Under the pieces are notes generated by a model. That model searched no databases. It worked only from the letters and a program-made list of their open reading frames with translations, and was not told where the DNA came from. The position numbers were made by a program, and so were the translations under genes. A DNA stretch of 64,000 nt from positions 345,166 to 409,165 of the forward strand of contig MU008190.1 in NCBI GenBank assembly GCA_010909165.1, read 5' to 3'. This document shows positions 38,130 to 50,107 of the stretch, in pieces (position 1 is the stretch's first letter; the number at the start of each line of letters is the position of its first letter). This DNA comes from Anthoceros angustus. Lineage: Eukaryota > Plantae > Anthocerotophyta.

Positions 38130-38265
38130 GATGATGGGTTTGGCATCCATCAGGTTATACTTGAATAGCATGTCAAAGATATACTTCTCTTGATGAATAA
38201 TTAGATGGCCAGATTGTGCATCCCATAAGAGCTGAGTACCTAGACAATAGGACAGTTCACCCGTA
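38130..38265 (-). pseudogene. Copia RT fragment (probably element C)
   Basis: GELSYCLGTQLLWDAQSGHLIIHQEKYIFDMLFKYNLMDAKP. Confidence 0.7.
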
Positions 38266-38399
38266 AAAACTCATCAATGCAAGCATACCAGGCTCTCGGA
38301 CTTTGCTTTAGGCCATAAATTGTCTTGCGTAGCTTACATACCTAATCTTCCTTATCAGAAATTTCATGACCTTCCAGCTGTTGCGGATCTTCTCTCATG

Positions 38400-40154
38400 T
38401 AGTTGATCCTGAGTCGTGAAGTTTCTCCTGACCTTCTCAACAGGCGCCTTCTCGCCGGACTCCATGGCTTCGGTGCCAGCTTGGTCCTGCCCTTCTCTCT
38501 GTCATCTCTTGGGCCTTATTTGCGGACTTCCTCTTGGCATGCTGAGGAGGCTGCTAGTTCTAGCCTTCAAATCCCTGCAGTGAGTGCTTCACAAGCACTC
38601 GACCGTCTCTAGGGGCCGCACCCTTAGCAGGCTCTTCTTTGGAAATTTCCAGCTCCCTCGCTCCTTGGACCATCAGCGTGGGTCCTCTCAATCGCCCATC
38701 TGCTCTCCACCAGTAGCGGGTGATGGCGGCTGGGCGCCGCCCTTGATACCTCATGTTTCTTCCTTCCCCCCTACGGTAGGGGTAGCACCCCTCTGGGGCG
38801 TGGGGTGCTATCTCAGGTGAGTGCCTCCATCTGTGATGGTTGCCTACACTTTGGTGGTGCCTCCCCCGGGGTGGTGCCTCCCCTCTTAGGTGGTGCCTCC
38901 CCTCTTAGGGTGGGCGCCTCCCCTCTTGGGTGCCTCTCTGAGGGTGGTGCCTCCTGGTGGTGCCTCCTAGGGGTCATTGCCTCTTAGGGTGGGTGCCTCC
39001 CCTCTGGGGTGGTTGCCTCCTGGGGTGGGGTTGCCTCCCCTCTTGGGGGGTTTGTGCCTCCCCTCTGGGGTGGGGTGCCTCCCCTCAGGGATGAGGTTTT
39101 GCCTCCTCTTGGGGTGCCTCCTCTGGGCTGGCCTCCCCTCTTGGGGTGGCTGCCTCCTCTTGGGATGGTTGCCTCCCTCTGAGATGAGGGTGCCTCCCTC
39201 TGAGGTTAAACCTCCCCTCTTAGGGATGGTTTGCCTCCCCCTAGGGTTGGGGTGCCTCCCCTCAGGGATGGTGCAGCCTCCCTCTGGGGTGGGGCACTCC
39301 CCTCTGGGGATTGGTGGCCTCCCTCTGCGGTTTTGCCTCCCTGGGACCCTCTTGGGGTGGGTGCAGCCTCCCCTCTTGGGGTGCAGCACTCCCCTCTTGG
39401 GGTGGGGTGCCTCCCCTCTGGGTAATGCCTCCCCTCGGGGTGGGGTGCTGGGGTGCCTCTTCCTGGGCACTTGCCGAGATGATGGGGACTCCCCACCCTT
39501 GGGGTTGTCACCCCTCACGTGGTGATCCTCCTCTCATAGATTACCATCCGGCCTTCCTCGGGCGGATCGCTCTCTCCTTCCCTTGCTCTTGTGGGGAAAG
39601 GCCTCCCACTCGGCAACCTCGTTGCCTCTACTTCCCTCATTGGTCTGGGGTGTGCTTGTGGAGTGCGGCCTCCATGGTCTTCCTTACTGAAAGGCAAGGC
39701 AGCTCTAAAAATTTGGAGGTGGATTATCTCCAGAGGATGCAAACATCCTCGGCTCCTTCTTTGGTTAGGAGCCCTCAGTCTCCCGCAAATGCACCAAATA
39801 GGTCTTGAGGTATGGCCTTGGCCTTCTTCATCCACGAATTGAGGCCTAAGGAGCTTCTCACATGGTGTATGTAGGCCTCATACATGATGGTGCCCCAATC
39901 CCGGCTTAGCTCCTCTAGAAATCTTCCACAAAAATTGAAGGAAGTTGGTGCAGAAATAAAGTCCAGTGATAATTCACCAACTCCAACACAATCTTATGAG
40001 CACGCCCTTGACTCCTTGATGCGTAAAGTCTTCCAGCCATTCTTGGCGTGGGCCTTCCTCCTCCGTCCATCATGTCGAGGACTTCTGCGGAATCTGGAGG
40101 GCAATCCTCTTCCCTCCATTTGTCCTCTCGGGGGCGATTCTGAGGCTCTCCTCC
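38400..40154 (-). pseudogene. Gypsy post-pol extra ORF, 3' part, with a ~20-bp GGGTGCCTCCCCTCTT coding minisatellite (38770-39520)
   Basis: Joins in frame to 48722-49019 once the 40155-48721 insertion is removed. Contains KNGWK, a motif shared with the 52664 and 42226 ORFs. Confidence 0.6.
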
Positions 40155-43100
40155 CCCTAGAAATGGGCACCTATGTTACACTTTATGTTAAGATTTGGAC
40201 CCTGGATGTAACACTCATGTTGCAATTTTGGGGTCATGTAACACCGGGCCCCTTGTTACACTTTGGCTTGGAAACCATACCACTTGTTGCAATCATGTTG
40301 CAATGGTGTTGCAATTATGTTAAGATGAAGTGAGAGGTGGTTTTGCCCTCTCAAAATTGCAACATGATTGCAACATCTAAAGTGTTACAAGAGGTCTTGT
40401 AACACTTTTGGAGGCTTGTGCAGAACCTCCTCCCCATCCACCATTGCCCTTTTACTTTTGCCCTTTGAAATACCACGTTTTACTTGGTAGTTACCGTCGC
40501 CCTTCAATACGACCATATACAAATACATGTATCAATACATCCTTATACTATATGCATGTAGTCTGTGATAAATGTAATAGTATTATTCTAAGTGCTATAC
40601 GTATTCAATTTCATATAAAATAAGTTTGTATATTACGTATTACATCGTACCTTTGATGCATACATATTCATGATGCGATACTTTGTATTTACTATACGTG
40701 TAAATAGCGCGGCCCTTTATACCCCTACTTTATAGCATGCGCATGCGGTTTGTCCTTCCACGTCAACAATAGCCATCGGCTTCACCCATGCGCCCAAGAA
40801 GATATTGTCCCCACCTATCACCTTATTGTGACGCATCACTGTGAGGTTATGCCCTAAGATTGTCTTTGTCGGAGGAGATTTGGTATCTGGCTTATGCTTT
40901 TACGCCTCCATGTAAGGCACTTCCTACTCGTCATCGTATGCACCTACGAAACTTCCGCCCTCCCGTTCGATTCAATTTTCTTCTTCCCTCCTTGCGTTTG
41001 GGGCAAGCTTTGCCACTTCCTCCTTCCCTCCGCATACGCACGTTGCACATACAAACCAGCATCATGAGTTATCCAGCGTTAATGGGTTTCCACACCAAGC
41101 CCATTTGCCTTACCTTCCCTCCGGTCCCTCCTCTTTTCTTACGCCTTCTTGCTGGACATTTTCCTCTTCCGTCCTCCTTCTTCCTATGCCGCGGCCCTTA
41201 TCCACGCTCCTCTACTCCTCCTCCGTTTTCCTCTTTCGGCCTCCACCCTTTATCAGTGGCGTTGCCTCAGGGCTCCACTATGCAGTCCATGCTCTCGGCA
41301 TCCGAGGCTGCAAGGTATGTGTCACGCATTAGGGCATCGTCCTCTTGACTGCCTCCTGCTGCGTCCATGTTCTCTGCAGCGTCCCCTCTGTCCCCACGGC
41401 CTCCATCGTATGGCCTTTGCGATATCAAGCGCACGCATGTTGCCCTCTTAGTCCTCCTTCATTCTCTCTCCCCTCGACATCGCCTCATGTTAGTTCACGC
41501 CTTTTGCCTGCCCAGACCATGGCTGCTTGGGTGATCCACTCTTGTCAGTCCTCCGCCACCATCCTCCTAGTCCCCTTGCGATTTTTGGCTGTCCATAGTG
41601 TACTCTACTTCCCTTTCTGAAAGTAGGGTTTTGTTTTTCCGTGGGTTGAAGGAGATAAAATAAGGCGGAAAAGGAGGAATAAGCATGGATAGCGCTCGTT
41701 TGGACTCGGAGTATACTCGGACTCGGAGTGGGCAGCTCCGGAACCACCATGGCAGCAGGACTACGTCGGTGTAGCAGGATAAATGGGACCCACTCAGGTC
41801 AAGCAGATGTCACGCGATAACTTAGAGTTGAGTCGTGAGACGGACTAAGCGGCGCCATGGGCGGCCAAGTGGAGTCGGGCATCTGTGAGCAGGAATGCCT
41901 TGCGAGGGCCGTTATAGCGGTATTCGCCCGCGGCCTTGTGGCGTAAAATTGGCAGCGTAAGGCGAGTAAGCAGGCGTAAGGTCGGAAATAAGCCATGCGG
42001 ACCTCGCGATTCTGAGGAGGAAGCGCCTTCACCCAGTGATTACTCCCAAGCGTCGAAGGAAGGTCATTTCATTGCCTGACCTCGAGACAATTCGCGGTCT
42101 CTTGCGCTCACTTGGCTCTCGCGCTATCTCTTTGGCCCAACATCTTCAGTGGCTCCGTCGGGGTTGGGCGGCGGCAGCGAGGCGCATCGTGCCGGCGGAC
42201 TCGACGGCGGCTCGGCAGGAAGGCGATGGCACCCAAAAAGGAGGTCGGGAGCCATGGAACCTCGTGGGCGCAACATTGTGACCCGCTATCGGACTTTGCC
42301 ACAGGCGGAGGCGGGGGTGGTGTCTGGATGTGTTCAGTACAGGGCGTTCGGCAGCGTCACTCGCAGTGGGGTTCGCCGGAAGATGTTGGCGGCGGCCACA
42401 AGGAGTTCGTCAGAACCTCGGGAGGACCAGGCGATGGACCTTGGAGGTCTGAGGCCTACAAGCCCAAGGAGGAAGGAGGCGTGGTTCGAGGCCCCTCAAG
42501 GCGAAGGAAGATAGGGCCCGGCCAGCAGTGGCGATCTTTGAGGCTGGGCAGTAGGACAACCAATGGTTGATATCCGACTGGCAGCGGTAAGTGGCAGCCG
42601 GATCATTGTCCATTGGAACACCTCACCAGGTGGATCACCTTGGTGATAAATGGTATTCTGCATGCGCTGGTAGGGAAGAGGGGCGGGAAGGATTATCTTG
42701 CGGTTCATCAGGAGGCCCGTAGTGAGGAGGCGAAGCCTGTATGCAAATTTGTCCCCATACACGATTCATGATGGACATTTCTCTGAAGGAGGAGAGCCGA
42801 CCCTCGGAGTGGAGGCACAGTGGGCCCGAGTGGGGGCCGACCCTCTAAAACCAACGGACCAGGAGGGGCGGGGAGGGATGACTCCATAGGCGCCCCCTCA
42901 CCAGTATGGGAGGAAATCCACTTTCCTTCTCTGATTTTCCACTATTGTAGAGCGACTTTTATTGTCAGAGTGTGTTCTTCACGGTAAGTTGATTGCCCCT
43001 AGTACTCCACCACCCAGCTCACGCCCTCCCACACCTTGTTCACGCCCTCCATGCGTCGTCACTCCGATCCCAGCAGCCTCACCCTCTCCCCATACATGGC

Positions 43101-46100
43101 CGTCACTGGCGGTCTCGGGCACCCTCCACCTCTTTTCCATTATTTGCTTGCACGACCTGACCCTCGTTGCCCTGCCTCCATTGACCCCAATCCCGGGCAT
43201 GCGGCTTCCACCAACCCTAGGCGATCGTGGTGTCGCGGCACCACAATATCGTCCACATCACTCGGTTCCCCTCCGCCTCCCTCCGCATGCTTCCTCAAGG
43301 CGCCTCGCCTCTCCACTTCCCGCTCCTTGTTCATCGTCATTTCCCCATTCAAAGTCCGTTGTCCCTCGCCCCTCGGCCTCCTTCCTCCCAAGCCCCTTCG
43401 CGCCATCTGCATTCCTTGATAGCCTCTCGTCGTCCATGTCACCACCTCGTGCACCATCGTTGCCTCCCACCCCTTCCTTCCGTCGTCTCGGAAAGGCCAC
43501 CATATCGGGATCCATCTTCAATTCAATGTTAAGCAAAATGGTCATTTCCTTGTTCTCCTTGCAATAGCGAACCTCTAGGATCTTTTCATACACTCCCTAT
43601 CTTACCTGAAGGAACTCAGCACAGAACCCCACTATCGCCCTTTCGCCCTTTCACGATTTCCACTTTCCTTCTAGCAATCGGCCACCGCCGTCCCTCGAAG
43701 GTTGCCTCCCTTGTCTCAAGCTTGAAGCTGCCACATGCCGTGCACTTTGTCCACCATGCCCACTCATCGGCACCAAACTTGAGTGTGCACACTTTGCAGC
43801 GTCACTTGCCGTTACGCAGTGCGAAACCCACCTCATCCAGCATAGCTCTTCATCTATTTCCTTCACTTCCGCACGCGTGCTCCAACTCGCATCCGTCGGT
43901 GGGAGGTTCCACGTCTCAAAGTCGTCAAAATCAAGTCTGGGTTGGCCCCATGTCTCTTACCTCTGGCCGTCTTGAGAGGCCGCTTCTTCACATCGCCGAT
44001 GTCTAATGGAGACCGGGTGCGGTGGATGAGCGAGATAGCCCGAGGCCATTTGGCCCCTCATCCTCCCCACCCGGATACGGTGCTGCCGTGGCTCCGTATG
44101 GTGCAGCCTTCACGTGACTCCCTAGCAAGCTTCACCTCGCCATACTCCCCATCCTGACGGTTGTCCACCACCTTCGTGCCATCTTTGAAGGCAATGGCTT
44201 CCCTCTCGTGAAAGGTGCGCCATGAGTCCTACGAATTCAAGGCTGCTATTTTGAAAAGCTTTGTTTGCAAAGGCCGGTTGTCATTTACTCCTCTTGGCGG
44301 GACGGTAGCCAGTGCACATGCTACTTGCCCATAATCACAATTTTCGACCACAACCTTGCGGACTTGGGAGCAAGTTTCATGTCCCATTGGTTCTGAGTCG
44401 TTACTCATGATGTATTATATTGCCCACATGGCGCACCGCTCTCAATCGCCCATTCATTTTACCATTAATCATCGTCTTCCCGACCAAAGATTGCCTTGTG
44501 CATCCGGAGGGAGGAGACAATAGACTGTGCAAACCAATCACCATACATGATTTCCACTTTCACGTGACTCGAGTAGCGTGCAAGGGTGACTTGTCAGTCA
44601 GCGGTATGGGGCACCAAACCATACCCATCCATTCCGCCGGACAAAAGTCATCGAGTTTTATTGCGTGACATGGGAAGTACAAGTAGTGATCAAGGATGAA
44701 GGACTTTCCCATCCCAATGTTTAATTACGGTGGCATATGTCCCCACATTGTGATAAACCGTCCCCTGCTCACGACGCTGCCGTGCCCCGAGAGCAAGAGC
44801 CAAGGGACGACCCTCCATACCAGTCCTTGATGGCCGACGAGGGAGAGCAACCTCCATCCATCATCCTCGATGGCCATCGTCATTGAGGAATTGCAGCCCT
44901 TGTCCTTAATGGCCATCGTCGGTTTCCACCACGCAACAATAATGTGCACACACTTGCAATGATCCACAAGCAGACAGTCGAGCTGAAGGCGGCGGTTTTG
45001 ACTTATCGGATTCCACAAACACTTTAATGCATGGACTTGTAGGTAGGCGAATAGGGCCAAAAAGTGTTCACATCCGCGCCTCGAACCCCCCCATACCGTG
45101 TGTGGTCACGAACACCATGCCGCACCATGTGGAAGGAACCACCTCGCCACCGAAGCAAGTCCCACGAGGATAGCCACGATGAACAGCTCTGCTCACGCCA
45201 TGAGGCGGTGACACCGCCCTCCAACCTTTGCAAAGGATCCTTGATGGCCATCAGCAGTATTTCTAGTTGTGCACACGAAGATGGAGACATGAACACACGC
45301 CTCGTGGTGCGAACTACCACTCCACGCCCATTTAGGTTTCGGAAGCTAGCTCCGCATACGTCAACATGTCCATCATACATGGCATAAGGTAGCAGGAGGC
45401 GCCCAGAGGCATGTTTCCTGAAAGCAGGCTCGCCCGCGGTGCGAGGATGACCAAGAGAAAGGTAGTAGCGTGAAGCGAGGGCAAGGTGGTGACATTTAAA
45501 GCGGACCACCACCTTCTGACCACTTGTGCCCAGGCCACATCGGGTTGCGGATGAGAGGATCTTGAATTTCAAGCTCCTTACATGTGACAAACCAAACATG
45601 GCGAGCTTTGATGGATGCCGTCGACCAATAATGATTCTGGTAAATGCAATGAGTGTGAAATAGAGAGGCGGAATCAGTTTGTTTTCATGTCTCCTAAGGG
45701 CTGGAAATCCTTTGCGGCGGTGCGGCCATAGTGACGTCGAGCCGTCACCCTAGCATGGTGCGGCGTGAATACATTATCGTTACGCCATGTGACGCGCATG
45801 ATTGGTGGAAGCGAGAATGGGAGTCTCGAGCGATGGACATCATTATCTAGGAGAACGGAATTGGCATATATGGCAAATTCACATACGACGGTCCTTCATT
45901 CATGGCATAATGAAAGGGGCATTTAGTTTGCTTGAATGGCTCTCACGTGCCACCCACGTCCTTGCACAATGGTGTAGATGTTGATATAGATTATTACCAA
46001 GCGTGGAGCAGCGTCTGTCGTTCAAACGACCGGACGTGGCATGTTTTCTTCCATGCCATGAGTTTTCAATTATTCTAATGGCTTGCACCCACCTTCCTTG

Positions 46101-48721
46101 GACCATGGTGGAGGGAGAATTTTATTTGAGAGAAAGGGAACCATTGTCCTTGGTTCATGGCGGTTGTAAGATGGCCATGACCTTGTCATGGCATGGCACT
46201 TCCTTGGTCATCGGCCACTCGAAATCGCATTGCAAACACTTGTCCTTGGGTCACGAAATGGTCATAAAAAGCGGGGACTATATATGGCATGCATGGAGGA
46301 ATGGCATCGTGGACAAGGAAGGTTTTTGTTTGTGCATGCAAACAAAAACAGTGGGGAAGGTGGCATGGCAAGGCAAGGAGCCAGTGGCATGGCATGCCAC
46401 GTAGCCTTCTTGGATGGAAGCGCGAGGATGTCTAGCGTGAGGGGATGGTCAGCGCGTGGAGAGGAATCAGTGGAGAGGAGTGGAGGCGAGGGGAGGAGAG
46501 GTGGGGTGGAGGAGGGCGCGAGAGGAGGTCTCGCAAGGGTGGAGGTGGAGAATCAGAGTGGAGTGGAGTCTCAGCCGAGGAGAGAAAGCTGGAGTGGAGG
46601 AGTGGAGGAGTGGGTGTCTAAGTGGGGAGCTGGAGGGTGCGGAGAGAATCCAAAACTTTCGGAGGAGGAATGCCAGGCGTGACATCGGAGGAGGAATTGG
46701 CGTGAGTCAGGAGAAAGAGGACTGTGGTGATCGAGGAGCATGGTGGTCTGCCCAAGAGGCCGGCCGTGTGGTGGCGAGAGAGGCCATTGGTCTTGTGGAC
46801 CTTCTGTTCGGTGGCGATGGATAACCCCAACAACGTGGGAGGAGGATGCCTGTGGAGGGGCTGCCACAGGAGTGGGCGGTCTCTGGAGGAGGCGGTTGCG
46901 AGGCGGGCCAAGGAACGCGTGCATATGATGGTCGGGGACGGTGAGGAGAAGGACACCGGTGGCAATGATGGGGAAAGCGAGCAAGGCGGATGTGGAGATG
47001 GCGGATGATGAGGTGGAGACGACATACCGACTACATTGCCACTACGAAATTGGAGAATTGATGGAGCGGTTGGCGGTAAGCCACTAGGCAGCGTCATTGC
47101 CGTGTTGTGCGGGCATGGGCGTGGTGGAGTGTACATGGCATGAGCGGTTATGCGATGGAGGTTGGGTGGAGAATGAGGAGTTGGTGGTTGGTGCGGCGTG
47201 GTGATATGTAGGACGTGAGCTCTAAGTGATGTGTGTGCATGACTGCAGGGAAGAAGGGGAAGGAAAGCTGGTGGAAGGTGAAGGCCATGTCGAAGGAAGG
47301 CACGAGATACTAGTGGAGAAGGAAGATGGAGGAAAGGTGGCAAGCAGGCGTCCGTCAAGTGATCTGGAGGCAACGTAGATGGTGGGGAACGGATGAGGAG
47401 AGCTGGAGAGATGGTGGGGAACCGGATGTGGGAGCGGAGCAATGGAGATGGTGGGGAACACGGATGGATGAGAGAATGCGGAGCGCATGCAATGGAAAAC
47501 AAGTGGCGGTGGGCCGTTTGTGGAGGGGAATGTGAATGTTGAGCCATTTTCTTGCGAGCTGAGTCGCCCGATGCGTGGTGGACCGGTGATGGTCAATCGC
47601 AACAAGCAGATGGAATTGGTATTCCCACCTTTGTAGCCTAGCATTTCAGGGTCCTTCGCCGTGAAAGTGGTGATTGAGGCCCGGATAGGTCTAGGAAGTT
47701 GTGGAGGAACCCCGAAAACAATGGTGTTGGTCTAAGAGTCACCAAGTGGCGTGTGAGGCATATGGCCATATCACTTGGAAGACGTACATGTTTGTAGATA
47801 AAGCCAATTGCATCGGTGGCAACAAAGCCACGATCGAAAGGGATAGAGGACGCTTGAATGTCCAAAATTCCAATTAATTTGTCAATAAAATCAAACACTT
47901 ATATATGCAAGGTATGAGAGTGACGTAAGGGTTAGCACATACATATTACTATATAAACAAGTCTTGACGCCTATATACGTATATATACGTATACAAAGGA
48001 GGCACATATAAGTACACTAATATAATATAAGTATAACGATGGATGTGTACATATATATGTACACATACTTACTTATGTAGCCTATATACATATATATGTA
48101 TACAAAGGATATGCAAAGGAGGTAAAATAGGAAGGGAAGGACAGAGAGAGGTCCTTGTTACAATCATGTTGCAAGAGGAAGAGGAAGAGTATAAAATGGT
48201 TGTGATAGGGGAGGTCCTTCTCACATGATGGAGGAGGAGAAGTGAAAGAGTATAAAAGGTGTGATAAGGGAGCAATAATAGGTGAGGTGAGAGGAGAGAG
48301 ACCAAGCATTGTGTTAAGATGGGGTGAGAAGGTGGATAAGAAATTGACACCCGAACACCAAGCCACCAAGTGTTGCAATTTTGAAGTGGTACATGAAGTG
48401 AGAGACCAAGCATTGTGTTAGGATGGTGGGAGAAGGAAGAGAAAAATGGACCAACTTAACACCAAGCCATCAAAACATGTTGCAAGTTGGAAGTGTTACA
48501 TAAAATTGCAACACGGTAACAAGGCGGTGGGAAATTATAATAATGCTTGTGAGAGGGTGTACCGAAGGGTGAGGTGGGAAGAGAGAGTGCAGTTCGTGTT
48601 AAGATGGCTGCGAGGGAGAACTAACAAACTTAATACCAAGCCTCCAAAACATGTTGCAATGTGGAAGTGTAACAAAAATTGCAACATCTCAACATGTATA
48701 GGGTGCCCTTTTCTAGTAGGG
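40155..48721 (-). mobile_element. CACTA/EnSpm-like TIR element with CCCTA termini, apparently non-autonomous
   Basis: Left end CCCTAGAAATGGGCACCTAT vs right-end revcomp CCCTACTAGAAAAGGGCACCCTAT. 3-bp TSD TCC (40152-40154, 48722-48724). Subterminal TGTTGCAA/TGTTACA motif arrays at both ends. No recognisable Tnp2 transposase. Confidence 0.7.
41620..42900 (+). mobile_element. Gypsy internal fragment (post-pol spacer plus start of extra ORF) inside the CACTA-like element
   Basis: TAGGGTTTTGTTTTTCC…AAATAAGGCGGAAAAGGAG…GGAGTA.ACTCGGAC is homologous to 52026-52110. ORF MAPKK… (42226) parallels MGPKK… (52664). Confidence 0.75.
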
Positions 48722-49200
48722 TCCTCCGGCCTTCCATATATTTGCCTAATGCTTGAGAGTCAGCAATGAGGATCGGTCCAGCATTCCTCTCAAGGCGGCA
48801 GGGCACTTCCGATTGATGGAGGTTGATATAACACTCCTCAATCAATTCCAAATTGGTGTAGGCCCATTGGCGACCATACACCCATCCCAATTGGATGTTA
48901 TCTTCCTCTGCCCACTGCCGGAAGTCCACCAAATCGCGGGGTTTGAGCTGCCCCGCAAAACAGGTGAATTGGGGCATCTCGACCTCACCCCCTCCTGGCG
49001 GCGCAACCTCTGCTGCCACCTTCTTTTCTTTTCCTCCTCAAGAAGAGGAGGAACCCTTGGCAGGCGGTTCCTTTCCCTTGCCCTTTACTGCTCGAGGCAT
49101 GGTAGCGTTCTCCTTCCCAAATGCTGTTAGGGGAGCGAATTACTTCCCAATTGGCAGCCTCAAGACTTTGCTCTCAAACGCTCCTTCTCCTCGAGACTGG
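48722..49200 (-). pseudogene. Gypsy post-pol extra ORF, 5' part
   Basis: …DFRQWAEEDNIQLGWVYGRQWAYTNLELIEECYINL… resembles DFGPWLEE…WTFDSVTLVREHF of the 52664 ORF. Confidence 0.55.
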
Positions 49201-50107
49201 CAGCAAAACTTCTCCTAACACACAATTTCAACGTTAGGCTTGGTGATGACGCCAATTTTCCTTGGGAGCTCTCCTTCGTGGCAAGGCACTGACGAAATAG
49301 TCAGCGGGTCTCCTTGTCCAGCTCCCAATGCCCCAAATGCCGTCCTAGGCACCTCGTGGCCTCCCCGCCGACGGCCTCAAGACTCTGACTCCCAGCCTCC
49401 ATAGCTGGGCTTAAGACTCTCACACTCCCCAGCGCTTGGCGCCTTCCCTCTTTCTCCTCGCCCTTAGGGGTTCCCTCTCTTCCTTCCTCACCTTAGCTCC
49501 TTTGTGCCCACTCGACCGCGGGGGTTGTGAGGTGATGGCGGCTTTCTCCTCTTGCTCTTACGCTCCAGCGCCAATCTCGGCTGCCAAGTGAGGGGCGCCT
49601 CAATCAGAGAGGGAGTTAAATCGTGACTTTGCCTCCTTGGACTTGCTGGCATGGAGAATTCAACCCTAGATGCAGTTCAACATCCTAATTACCCAAGCAC
49701 TAAATTTCCTATTTTCCTCGCCTATCTCAGAACCTTCAAATTAATTACCTTCTAATTAATCCTATTTATCTACTTCCTATTGGTGAGCATATATAGTGGA
49801 TACCCAATTATTCTAGTTTCCTTTAGCGAGATTTCGTCACTGGTGGTAGTCTGCCTAGTGGTGATGCGACCTAGAGTAGTGGTCCTTCCTCCCGACCTAC
49901 CGGGCGAGGTGTAGTCCGCCACCACCGCCTCTTGAGTTGCCTGCCCCGCCTGTGGGTCGACTGCTTTTTCCTGGATATCCCTCCCGCCTTTCTACCCATA
50001 TCCTGGCTCTGCAAGGTTCTCAAAAATTCCTTGTCCCTCTCAATCGTTTCGGCCAAAAATCGTGGTTCGTTCCTCTTTTGACGTTGCCCAAACTTTTGCA
50101 TTCCACA

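Larger units (their letters stand above)
27003..38130 (+). mobile_element. Ty1/Copia element A (5' LTR 27003-27245, gag-pol; split by element B; 3' LTR not found)
   Basis: TG…AATCGTCA followed by iMet PBS TGGTATCAGAGC (27246-27257). Gag (28343-29342), LWHARLGHP, integrase LRSDNGGEF, RT resumes at 36485 (VYVDDMIL, VPYRQAVGKLIY, RTKHVAVEYHWIRE), stop at ~37433. Confidence 0.9.

Noticed and set aside
38967-39525. Overlapping 180-aa ORFs on both strands
   Set aside because: Products of a stop-free GC-rich minisatellite; only the minus-strand reading fits the Gypsy extra ORF.
44725-45599. HVD…GGSF…H…R pattern suggesting a TET/JBP-like 2OG-Fe(II) dioxygenase in the CACTA-like element
   Set aside because: The motifs fall in different frames of degraded sequence and are too short to support by eye. 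An HMM search on a consensus is needed.
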